A stretch of DNA of 62,779 nt. Origin: Actinomycetota bacterium. GTDB taxonomy: Bacteria > Actinomycetota > Humimicrobiia > Humimicrobiales > Humimicrobiaceae. The position numbers and the translations under genes were made by a program. Each line of letters starts with the position of its first letter. Positions within the stretch are counted from its first letter, which is position 1. The notes under the pieces were generated by a model. That model saw only the letters and a list, made by a program, of their open reading frames with translations, made no database searches and was not told the origin of the DNA. Shown here piece by piece: positions 49,846 to 59,800 of this stretch. The stretch is from assembly GCA_034660395.1 (NCBI GenBank), contig JAYEJA010000054.1:1-62779 (forward strand), given 5' to 3'.

Positions 49846-51750
49846 TCAGAAAAAATTTCTTACTGCTTCTACTATTCTCCATACCAGGCCGGCAACCAGG
49901 ACACCGTATATATTTAAAACCACAGTCAGTATTATTGCTTTTTTAAATCCAAATTCTCTAATAAGCATTCCCAGCACAATGATACATGGTATTCCCACCG
50001 ATGAAGCCACTCCAAACGTATATATCTGTAAAGGTGTTAATACCTGCGAAATATTACTCCCCAGTGCGGATAGAAGCATTGCTCCTGTCAGGTCTTTCTG
50101 TAAGAACCCGAATACCAGGGGGATTATGGTCCTTGCAGGCAGCCCCAGCCAGTTGGTAATAAAAGAAAATGGCTTTATGATGACTTCAGTAAGTCCGCTT
50201 ACGTTTAAAATTCCATAAACCATGCCGAAAATAACCAGAAGAGGCATAACTATATATACAAAGTCCTTCATCCTTATCCAGCTTTTGGTAAAGACGTTTT
50301 TAAGCATCGGTTTTCTATAGGTGGGCAATTCTAAAATCAGCGGCTCCGCTTTCGTCCTAAAAATCTTTTTTAAAACCAGAGCAAAAATTATGCCGATAAT
50401 AATCAGGGTTGCGTAAACATAAAAAGCAAGACTTACCCCGCCAAAAAATCCTACTATACCCATAATAATGGCAATCCTGCTTGAACATGGTATAAATGCA
50501 AACAGCGACGCTGCATGAAACTGCTCCTTCTTTGAAGACAGAACCCTTGTAGCCCTGATTGCAGGTACGGTACAACCGATACCCAGAGCCAGCGGGATAA
50601 ATGATTTACCCGGAAGCCCCGCTTTATTTGTAATTCTTTCAGTATTGATAACAAATCTTGTAAGAAGACCGGTGTCCTCTATAAACCCTATAATCAGGTA
50701 AAATAAAAAAATATAGGGCAGAGCAATGGACACCCCGACTGCAAGCCCCGTCAATCCCTGCCCCAGAACTATAACAAGTGCAGACTGGTCACCTTTTCCC
50801 AGAAAGGATATAGCCCTCTCTGTCAGCCCCATGAGAAAGTCCTGAATAATCCCGCCAAGAAACAAAATTGCACCGAACATAAGGATAAAAAAGGCCACTG
50901 TTATTATCGGCCCCCAAACTTTATTCAGTACAATGCCATCAACAGTATTTTCTATTCCCCTTTCTTTTTTAAGGGAAACAATCTTTGTTGCATTTTCAGC
51001 AATAAATGAAGCTGTTCCGAATCTTGTTACAGCTATATCTTTTGCTATATCCCGGTGTTTCTCCTTAACATGCCCTATTTTCCTGGTGACATCTTTATCT
51101 TTTAAATATTTATAAAAATCTTTATCTTCTTCCAGAACCCTAAGGGCTACGAACCTTTTTGATAAATCTCCTCTTACCTCTCTGGAAACCCTGTCTATTG
51201 CATACTCTATATGGTCGTCATAGGCAACTTTGAAGCTCTCCACCGGTTTATTTATGTTTTCTGCCACACTATCCATTAATTTATCTATACCCCTGCCGGT
51301 TAAAGGGTTTATTGCAATAACAGGGGAGGAAAATATTTCTTCCAGTTTTTTAAAATCAATTTCTATCCCCTTTCTTTCTGCTTCTTCTACAAAATTAAGG
51401 GCGATAATAGTGGGTATCCCCGCTTCCATTATTTGCAGAACCATGTAAAAGCTTCTCTCCAGTGAAGTGGCATCGCAAATTATTATGACCCCGCCTACCT
51501 TTTCCCTGAACAAGACTACTTCTGTAACTTTCTCTTCTTCGCTCCTATCAGAAATAGAGTATATTCCAGGGGTATCCAAAAATTCTATCTCAAAATCACC
51601 TATTTTTCTTTTACCCTTCGTTATTTCTACCGTCGTCCCCGGATAGTTTGAAATTATAACCCTGGAGCCAATCAGTGCATTGATAAGAGATGATTTTCCC
51701 GAGTTTGGCTGTCCAACTATTAAGAATTTATTATCCTTATTCATAAGCAA
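49846..51750 (-). CDS. feoB: Ferrous iron transporter FeoB
   Basis: GQPNSGKS, NYPGTTVE, DTPG, membrane gate domains with CSSR. Confidence 0.92.
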   Translation of the reverse strand: MLMNKDNKFLIVGQPNSGKSSLINALIGSRVIISNYPGTTVEITKGKRKIGDFEIEFLDTPGIYSISDRSEEEKVTEVVLFREKVGGVIIICDATSLERSFYMVLQIMEAGIPTIIALNFVEEAERKGIEIDFKKLEEIFSSPVIAINPLTGRGIDKLMDSVAENINKPVESFKVAYDDHIEYAIDRVSREVRGDLSKRFVALRVLEEDKDFYKYLKDKDVTRKIGHVKEKHRDIAKDIAVTRFGTASFIAENATKIVSLKKERGIENTVDGIVLNKVWGPIITVAFFILMFGAILFLGGIIQDFLMGLTERAISFLGKGDQSALVIVLGQGLTGLAVGVSIALPYIFLFYLIIGFIEDTGLLTRFVINTERITNKAGLPGKSFIPLALGIGCTVPAIRATRVLSSKKEQFHAASLFAFIPCSSRIAIIMGIVGFFGGVSLAFYVYATLIIIGIIFALVLKKIFRTKAEPLILELPTYRKPMLKNVFTKSWIRMKDFVYIVMPLLVIFGMVYGILNVSGLTEVIIKPFSFITNWLGLPARTIIPLVFGFLQKDLTGAMLLSALGSNISQVLTPLQIYTFGVASSVGIPCIIVLGMLIREFGFKKAIILTVVLNIYGVLVAGLVWRIVEAVRNFF

Positions 51751-52363
51751 GCACTCTTATACTTTCCGCTATTTCATCCGATATAAAAACTTTTTTATTC
51801 CTTATTTTAAAAATAATTCCATTGGGCAGATCTTTTATTATTTTTATCTTTTCTCCGGGAAATACGCCCATACTTATAAGCCGTTCAAAAAAATCATTGC
51901 CTGACACTATATCTGTTATCAGGCATTCTCCTTTATCAAATTTTACCAGAGAAATACCCTTTTCCTTAAAAGTAGACAGCTTCTTTAAGTTCTCCATGAC
52001 TTCTTCAGAAATATAATGCTCAATAAGGTTGCTTATATTGTGGGCTTCTTTTTTGCTTTTTAAATCCTCAAAATATTTTTCTATTACAAGATGCTTCTTT
52101 AAAATGTCTTCAGCTTCAATCTTTCCTTCACCGGTCAGCCTGAGGAACTGTCCTTCCGATGATATCAATTTATTTCTGGCCATTTTCCTTACGGCTTTAT
52201 CTATAAAATAGTCCGAAACCTTTATATCGGAATTTAATAATTTTATCGGAACTTTATCATTATTCTCTGCAAGTATTCTCAGGATATCTTCCTTTACTAT
52301 CTTAAGAATCCCCTGTTCTTTTTTCATAATCCCTGCAATCCCTAAATAAAAAAATTTACTCAA
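51737..52363 (-). CDS. DtxR/MntR-like metal-dependent regulator fused to a FeoA domain
   Basis: LRLTGEGKIEAEDILKKHLVIEKYF and LIEHYIS; C-terminal RLISMGVFPGEKIKII FeoA signature; overlaps the feoB start. Confidence 0.8.
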   Translation of the reverse strand: MSKFFYLGIAGIMKKEQGILKIVKEDILRILAENNDKVPIKLLNSDIKVSDYFIDKAVRKMARNKLISSEGQFLRLTGEGKIEAEDILKKHLVIEKYFEDLKSKKEAHNISNLIEHYISEEVMENLKKLSTFKEKGISLVKFDKGECLITDIVSGNDFFERLISMGVFPGEKIKIIKDLPNGIIFKIRNKKVFISDEIAESIRVLAYE

Positions 52364-52620
52364 TTATATATATTTTATCTTATCCAGCCTATATTCCAAC
52401 AAAAAACCAGCTTCCATCCCTATTTCGCCTGCGGTATATACTAATTATATACATAGAGATGCATTTTCATTTTTCTTTGAAATATACATATTTTATCAAG
52501 CTGCCCAGCAATTAATCATCTAAAAATAATTTCCTAAATAATTGCACCATATCGGCCTAAAACGGTCTGCTTTTCAAAAAAGCAAATTCGATTTCGAGCA
52601 TCTTTTGACTTTTACCTCAA

Positions 52621-52649
52621 AATATGATATGTAATATACATATCATATT
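52621..52649. promoter_or_regulatory. Perfect palindrome over the IS internal promoter
   Basis: AATATGATATGTA-ATA-TACATATCATATT, downstream of TTGACT (52605-52610) and just before SD AAGGAG. Confidence 0.7.
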
Positions 52650-52663
52650 GATAAGGAGAGCAA

Positions 52664-53002
52664 ATGAACAGAAACTATATGGAATCCGATCTTAAAAAAA
52701 CAACCTCACATCTTGCTAAACTTGTACATAAGGGAAGCTTCATCAGGGGAAATCCGGTTGTAGTGGAGAGAACTTGTGGGAACAAAAACTGCAGGTGCAT
52801 ACGGGAAGGTAAAAAGCACAGGTCACTATATATATCCAAAAACAAAGACGGCAAAAGAAAGATGATATATGTTCCCAAAAGGATGGAGGATGAAGTAAGG
52901 GCAAAGCTGGATGCATATCAGAGGATAAAAAAGCTTACCGAAAAGATATCGGAGATAAACTACAGGAAACTTCAAATAGATAAAAAACAAAAGCATGTTT
53001 AA
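52664..53002 (+). CDS. DUF6788-like IS accessory protein (Cys/His cluster)
   Basis: FIRGN..V.RTCGNKNCRC..G.KH..LYIS..KDGK.KMIYVP; overlaps the transposase start. Confidence 0.75.
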   Translation: MNRNYMESDLKKTTSHLAKLVHKGSFIRGNPVVVERTCGNKNCRCIREGKKHRSLYISKNKDGKRKMIYVPKRMEDEVRAKLDAYQRIKKLTEKISEINYRKLQIDKKQKHV

Positions 53003-54224
53003 AAAGCTAATACGTTATTCAAATAAGATATTTGATCTATTTACCATAATAGCTTTAATTACCGACAGGCGGATAAGATCGCAGATTCCCACCGTAAAGA
53101 TAATAACTGCTGTAATAATAATGTATTTTACCAACCAGGGTTCGCTACATGGCCTCTCACAGGAGATAGCATACAAGAGGCTTAAAGGTTTTCTTCCATC
53201 TGTATCAACTATTGCAAGGTCTGCTGACAGCATGGACATCGGCTCCATAAGAGAGGTAGGCCAAAGCATATACAAAAAGGCAAGAGCGGCAAAAATGCTT
53301 GCCCCCTGCCATGGGATGTGGGTTGGTGTGGTAGACGACCATGAACAGGCAACCTCTTCCTACTGCAAGTGCAAGTATTGTAAAAGTAGGACTGTTACCA
53401 GAAAAGACGGAGTAAAGGACATACAGTTCTATCACCAGTTTGTAGCATTTATACTGGCAGGACCAAAGGTTAGCTTTATTCTTGATATAGAGCCGGTTCT
53501 TCCGGGAGAAGGAGAGATATCAAGCGCATATAGGCTCATAGAGAGGGTGTGCAGAAACTATCCCAGGGCATTTTCTATTGTAATAGGTGACGGGCTGTAT
53601 CTAAAGGAAACGGTATTTAAACTATTAAAGGCTCACCGTAAATATGCCATTGCCGTCCTAAAGGAAGAAAGAAGGCAGCTCTTTGAGGAAGCAGACAGAC
53701 TCTCGCTTCTATCAGAACCTAAAGTCTACAGGAAAGGCAGGACATATTACAGGGTCTGGGATCACTCCATATCCGGATGCTGGGATGGGTACGGAAGGGG
53801 TGTAAGGGTTATTGTATCAGAGGAGGCAACTCCGGTAAGGGCTCATTCAAAAGACGGGAAAAGTTTTGAAGAAAAAGTGAACAGGGCAAATCGGATGTGG
53901 GTCACAAATCTGCCCCGTTCAGAAGATCCCGGCAGTTTAAAAAATACTGTAAGCATCTGCCACAGCAGGTGGCAGATTGAAAATCAGTGTTTTAACGAGA
54001 CGGTAAATATCTGGAGCGCAGATCATGTATACAGGCATAGTAAAAATGCCATAACAGCATTTCTTCTCTTGCTCTTTATCTGTGTAAATATCGTGGGTAT
54101 CTTCCGCATAAGAAATATTAAAGACAGAAGCATAAAGACAAAGATATACCTGATAAGACTTGTAAGGTCAGGATTTCATACTGCCCGCAAACCACTTCCA
54201 ACAATTCCGCCAATTCCGATATAA
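52995..54224 (+). CDS. DDE transposase (DDE_Tnp_1 / IS4-superfamily-like)
   Basis: VVDDHE, VIGDGLY and SRWQIENQCF (D, D, E); lies inside the TIRs. Confidence 0.88.
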   Translation: MFKKLIRYSNKIFDLFTIIALITDRRIRSQIPTVKIITAVIIMYFTNQGSLHGLSQEIAYKRLKGFLPSVSTIARSADSMDIGSIREVGQSIYKKARAAKMLAPCHGMWVGVVDDHEQATSSYCKCKYCKSRTVTRKDGVKDIQFYHQFVAFILAGPKVSFILDIEPVLPGEGEISSAYRLIERVCRNYPRAFSIVIGDGLYLKETVFKLLKAHRKYAIAVLKEERRQLFEEADRLSLLSEPKVYRKGRTYYRVWDHSISGCWDGYGRGVRVIVSEEATPVRAHSKDGKSFEEKVNRANRMWVTNLPRSEDPGSLKNTVSICHSRWQIENQCFNETVNIWSADHVYRHSKNAITAFLLLLFICVNIVGIFRIRNIKDRSIKTKIYLIRLVRSGFHTARKPLPTIPPIPI

Positions 54225-54538
54225 CACTCCTTTCTTTCTTAGTATTTGATAAATCAACCAGGTAACTTCTTTAATATTATCACAGAAAATGATATTTTAG
54301 GCACCCCAAAACATAAAAATCACCCTAATCTTTATCCCTAAAACTTTCATTTGGAAAATGGTCAAATGGATTTGTATGACAATAACCTTATTTTAGCTGA
54401 TATTTTAGTTGAAATTTGAAGAAGATGATTAATCGCTGCAAGCTGCCTGTATCTCTTGATTGTTAATTCCTTTTTTATTATACTCATACAAATTTATGAT
54501 TTTTCGTTTTTTAGTTATATTTTTCTTAAATAAATACG

Positions 54539-55468
54539 ATGGATTCAATAGTTATAAAAAACCTTATAAAAAAATACGGCAGAAAAACGGTTTTAAATAA
54601 TCTCAATCTTAATATAAAAGAAGGTGAATTTTATTGTCTTATGGGCCCGAATGGTTCAGGCAAAACCACCCTTTCATCAATTATCGCTTCCATAAGGACA
54701 CCAAATAGCGGAACCGTAGAAATATATGGTAAAAAACCGTTCATGTCAAAGGATATTATCGGTTACCTGCCGCAGGAAAATTTTTCGGATTCAAGCCTTA
54801 CCGGAAAAGAAAACCTTCTGTTTTTTGCAAGAATGCTGGGATATAAGAGAAAAGAAGCGTTATCCACAGTAAACGAACTCATCGATAAGATTGGACTTCA
54901 TGAAGATGCCAATAAAAGAGTCGGCAAGTACTCCGGGGGTATGAGAAAAAGATTAGAGCTTGCCACAATCCTTTTCCCTGGAACGAAAGTTTTAATTTTA
55001 GATGAGCCGACCACCGGCCTTGACCCCTCTGCAAGAAGAAATTTTTTCGGGCTTATTGATTTGATAAAGGACAAAACAACTACGATCATACTTATCACTC
55101 ACATCGGTTCCGACGCCGAAAACGCATCAATGGTCGGTCTTATAAATGAAGGCATAATAATAGCGGAGGGAACTCCCCCGGAACTTAAAAACAATACCGA
55201 TCTTAACAATGTGGTAAATGCGGAAACATCCGTTAAAAATGACCATATAAGAGAAATACTCAGCAGCTTTAACAGGGGAGAGGAGCTTCAGGAAACCGAC
55301 AGGGGTTATAAGATTTATACAAATGAAACTGCGGAAGTCATACCAAAAATAGTCAGAGCCGTTGAAGAAAAAGGATATAGAATCACCCAGATAGGTTCCG
55401 AGATACCGTCACTGGAAGATGTATTTTTCAAGCTTACAGGAAAAGCTATCAGGGAGGTAAATAAATGA
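54539..55468 (+). CDS. ABC exporter ATP-binding protein (DrrA/CcmA-like)
   Basis: GPNGSGKT, YSGGMRKR and LDEPTTGLD motifs. Confidence 0.93.
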   Translation: MDSIVIKNLIKKYGRKTVLNNLNLNIKEGEFYCLMGPNGSGKTTLSSIIASIRTPNSGTVEIYGKKPFMSKDIIGYLPQENFSDSSLTGKENLLFFARMLGYKRKEALSTVNELIDKIGLHEDANKRVGKYSGGMRKRLELATILFPGTKVLILDEPTTGLDPSARRNFFGLIDLIKDKTTTIILITHIGSDAENASMVGLINEGIIIAEGTPPELKNNTDLNNVVNAETSVKNDHIREILSSFNRGEELQETDRGYKIYTNETAEVIPKIVRAVEEKGYRITQIGSEIPSLEDVFFKLTGKAIREVNK

Positions 55469-56232
55469 ACCAGATCTCCGCTACCTTTATAAAAGGATTA
55501 AAAGATAACCTTATGAGCATATCCTCTCTATTCTGGGTTATCGCCTGGCCGATAATCTGGCTGCTTCTGGGCGTATTCGTCTTTATGAAGGGCGTTCCTG
55601 AAGCATATCTCGGAATTGCAAAGGGACAGACCACGTTATCCATGGTCACTTTTTCTTTTATGATTGCAGGCATGACCAGTCTTGCAGCAACTATATCCGA
55701 AGACCGATACAAGGGCCTTTTTTTAAAACTAAAATCAATTCCGGTACAGCCCTGGAAAGAATCGATAGGAAGAATACTATCGGTACTTTTCTACGCCATT
55801 ATTAGTGTAATTATCATACTGGTTGTAGGAATTTCCCTGGGAGCCGAGTTCTCTTTCACAACAATAAACCTTTTTAAATCAATCGGCTTCCTAATACTGG
55901 GCATACTTGCTTCCGCCGGTGTAGGACTCGTTTGCGGTTCGCTTATTAAAAGCATTCAGGGAGCCATAATGACCGCAGTCGGTATTTCGGTCATAACTTC
56001 GGCAATATCAGGCGTATTTTTTGACTACAGCATGCTCTCCAAACCATTACAGGCATTCTCAAGGTACTGGCCCATGTCTTCAACAAATCAGATTATTTCG
56101 TTTTATCTTACAGGCAATGCGGGTTTCGATGCCACCTCAACTTCGAATATTTTATCTAATATAGCGATTTCCCTTGCATTCTTTTTTATAGGGCTTACTA
56201 TCTATACTAAATTTTGCTGGAAAAAAGAATAG
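55465..56232 (+). CDS. ABC-2 type permease
   Basis: Six hydrophobic segments; ATGA overlap with the ATPase gene. Confidence 0.88.
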   Translation: MNQISATFIKGLKDNLMSISSLFWVIAWPIIWLLLGVFVFMKGVPEAYLGIAKGQTTLSMVTFSFMIAGMTSLAATISEDRYKGLFLKLKSIPVQPWKESIGRILSVLFYAIISVIIILVVGISLGAEFSFTTINLFKSIGFLILGILASAGVGLVCGSLIKSIQGAIMTAVGISVITSAISGVFFDYSMLSKPLQAFSRYWPMSSTNQIISFYLTGNAGFDATSTSNILSNIAISLAFFFIGLTIYTKFCWKKE

Positions 56233-56285
56233 CTATTAAATTGTTAAGATTCAATTAAAATTTTATATCCGAACTACATCAAAAA

Positions 56286-56831
56286 ATGTCAATCAGGCAC
56301 AAAATTAAAAATTCAATACTTGAGCTAAAAACCGGAGATATAACGGAAGAGGGAACGGAAGCTATAGTAAATGCAGCAAACAGAGCGCTTTCACCCGGCG
56401 GCGGCGTATCCGGTGCAATCCACCGGGCAGCAGGGCCCGGGCTCTGGGAAGAATGCAGGACACTCGGGGGATGCAAAACATGTGAAGCTAAATTAAGCGG
56501 AGGATGCAACCTTAAGGCCAAGTATGTTATCCATACCGTAGGCCCGGTTTACAGCGGCAGTAAAAGTGACCCTGTAAATTTAAAAAGCAGTTATTATAAT
56601 TGCCTGCTTGTGGCCTCCAGTAATAAAATCAAAAGCATTTCATTTCCTTCAATAAGCACCGGGGTATTCGGATATCCTGTCAGGGGGGCCTCCCCCGTCG
56701 CATTGAAAACCATTATTGAATTCTTAAATGAACACCAGGAAATCGAAAGCGTTAAGATGGTCCTATTTTCCGAAAGAGACTACAAAACTTACAAAAATTC
56801 CCTTGACAGCATTTTAAAAGACTCAAAATAA
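56286..56831 (+). CDS. Macrodomain protein (YmdB-like O-acetyl-ADP-ribose deacetylase)
   Basis: GDIT, IVNAAN..L.PGGGVSGAIH, IHTVGP, FPSISTGVFGYP. Confidence 0.93.
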   Translation: MSIRHKIKNSILELKTGDITEEGTEAIVNAANRALSPGGGVSGAIHRAAGPGLWEECRTLGGCKTCEAKLSGGCNLKAKYVIHTVGPVYSGSKSDPVNLKSSYYNCLLVASSNKIKSISFPSISTGVFGYPVRGASPVALKTIIEFLNEHQEIESVKMVLFSERDYKTYKNSLDSILKDSK

Positions 56832-56842
56832 TAAATCAGAAA

Positions 56843-59800
56843 TCAGGAACATTTGGAATAACCGCAGCTCCTGCATGTATAACATCCGCCTTCAGGTTCC
56901 ATTATTTCCCCACATTCCGGACATACTACAAGCGACCTCGGTCCGCTTGCTGCATTCAAGTCAAATTTATTCGTCCCCTTCAGATAAAAATCCACTGCCT
57001 TTGCAATCGCATCGGGACAGGAAAGTACGTGGGTATTATTGTCGGCAATACATGTTGCGCATCTTATGCCTTCCAGCTGGTTCTTTATTGACTCAATATC
57101 AATTCCAGACCTTATAGCAATAGAAATAAGCCTCCCTACGGCTTCGGCCAGCGCAGCACAACCTTCTTCACCGGTATTGGTGAATATCTCACATATCCCG
57201 TTTTCATCAGAATTTATGGTTACATAAAGCTTTCCACAGTTACCAATTCTATATTTCTTCGTCATACCATAAGTAACTTCAGGCCGGGGCCTTGGTTTTA
57301 ACTTTCCTTCCTTTAACTCTCCTGGACTGCCTGGTTCTTTTAACTTTTCAATTTTGCCTTTTCCGTTTCCCTCAACCTGCAGCACCTGTTCGCCCTTGCT
57401 CCTGTCCCTGAATATAGTTATTCCCTTGCATCCCAGTCTATATGCTAACATATATGATGCATCAACATCCTGAACGGTTGCATCACTGGAAAAATTTACC
57501 GTCTTTGAAACTGCATTGTCCACATACTTCTGGAATGTTGCCTGGGTTCTCACATGCCATTTCGGGGATATCTCATGCGCCGTAACAAATATCCTCTTGT
57601 ATTCCTTCGGCACTTCTTCAATATCTTTCAGGCTGCCCTTTTCGGATATCTTTTCCATTAAATCTTCACTGAAAAATTCCTCGTCAATTGCTATCTTCTT
57701 AAAATATTTATTAAGCTCCACCAATTTGTCATTATCCATAACATTTTTAACAAACGATATGGCAAACAATGGTTCTACCCCGCTTGAACAATCGGCAATA
57801 ATACTCAGGGTGCCTGTAGGGGCAATGGTTGTCGTAGTTACATTCCTTATCTCATATCCATCAGGGCTGTCATACACACTGCCTTTAAAATTAGGGAAGA
57901 CGCCTTTCTCTTTTGCCAGCTCTTTTGATGCATTTTTAGATTCATCCTGTATGAAACTCATAATTTTCTGCGCAAGCTCAAGAGCTTCCTCACTATCGTA
58001 AGGAATACCAAGAACAATCAGTAGATCAGCATAGCCCATGACACCAAGTCCAATTTTCCTGTTCCCCCGCGACATTTGCTCTATCTTCTCAAGCGGATAC
58101 CTGCTCATATCTATTACATCATCCAGAAATCTTACGGAAATATGAACAATTCTTTTTAACCTGTCATAATCTACCTGTTTTATACCCTCTTCTTCCTTAG
58201 CCATGTTTGCCAGATTTATGGATCCCAGATTACATGCCTCATAGGGAAGCAGGGGCTGTTCGCCGCAATTTCTGACAACAATCCCATTTGCAATATATGA
58301 ATTACTTACAGGTTCATTAAAATCAAAAACCTCTTTCCTGCCTGCATACTTTACTTCCTCAACTCTATCAATGAATTCATTATAGTAATTTTTAGAAGAA
58401 AGTTTTTCAAATTTGAATGACTTAAGTAATTTTTCTTTTCTTTCCAGCAGGAAACCTGCCTCTTTTTGGAATCTTTTCTTGGAGACACCCCCGGATATAA
58501 AAAGCCCGAAGTAATTATCATCCCCGGCTTTATAGCTTTTATGTTCTCCTTCTTTATTGGTATAAGAAAAGTTCTTTGAGAATGAATATTTCCTGGTTAA
58601 AATATTGGACTTGATTCCCAGGTTTAACAGCAGCATTTGAACGCCCTTTAATAATTTTTTAGAAGACGAGCTTATCTTTATAGTTCCATCCGTATCATCT
58701 ATACTTCCATCCGAGCTAAAAATTCCTTTTAGAAATCCAACCGAAGCTTCTTTAGGAGCACGCATCAAACTTTCCGGTACTTCTTTTTGACGGGAAGTAC
58801 ATGCCTTAACTCCTAATTCTTTAAAAAATTCAACAAACCCCTTTGAATGATATGATAGATTTATTACTCCATTTTCCCTTATTATTTCCTTTACATTATA
58901 GTTATACCATCTGCTTATAATCTGATTAAAATATGAAGCAAGTTCTCTGTCTTCATGCCCAAAAGTAAATTCGACCCTGTCATCTCTTAGCCAGCCGTCA
59001 CCAATTAACCATCCTAAAATTTCTCCAAGCTCGCAGGACCAGTATTCAGGTAAATCAAGGATCTTTCTTTTTGTAAAACTATTCAATTCCTTAACTTTCC
59101 CGTTACTAAATATTTTTCTGTTTGCCACAAATTTACCCAGCGGCTGGATTAGCACCTCATCATCCTTTTTAAGTTCTATAAGTTCTTTATATCCATTTGT
59201 AGTCAATACTTTATGCTCCGGGGTAGCTTCGATTTCATAACCTGAGTAAGTTTTCAATCTATATGTATCCTTTTTTCCCCTATTCCAGGATTTTATGTTC
59301 TCATTCTTAAAAATATCCAAATTTTTATCTGAAAATTCTTTTGAAACCTTATATTCCAGAGCTCTCTTATCAAAAAGCATACTTACATTTTCGCCGGCCT
59401 TTATCATCTCATACAAATCCCCTGCTTTGATAAAGCCCCTGTCGGTAGAAATTAAAGTTTTACCTGAAACGCATGGATTGGTGCTTTCAATCTGTCCCAT
59501 ATTCGGGGTGGGGTTATCTTTATTTAACCTGTCCAGGAATACAATGCCCGGGTCACCGCTCTTCCATGCATTTTCAACAATTTTACTGAATACTTCCTTT
59601 GCCTTGTACTTATCTACTACTTCCTTTGTCCTGGGGTTTACGATTTCATACTCCTCATCATTTTCAACCGCCTTCATAAACTTTTCGGTTACTCCTACCG
59701 ATATATTGAAGTTAGTTAATTTTTCGTTATCTTCCTTTGAAGTTATAAAATCAAGAATATCGGGATGGTCCACTCTTAAGATTCCCATATTAGCTCCTCT

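Larger units (their letters stand above)
52506..54438 (+). mobile_element. Complete two-gene insertion sequence (1,933 bp)
   Basis: TIRs CAGCAATTAATCATCT (52506-52521) and AGATGATTAATCGCTG (54423-54438), 15/16 match; 9-bp TSD CAAGCTGCC at 52497-52505 and 54439-54447. Confidence 0.93.
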
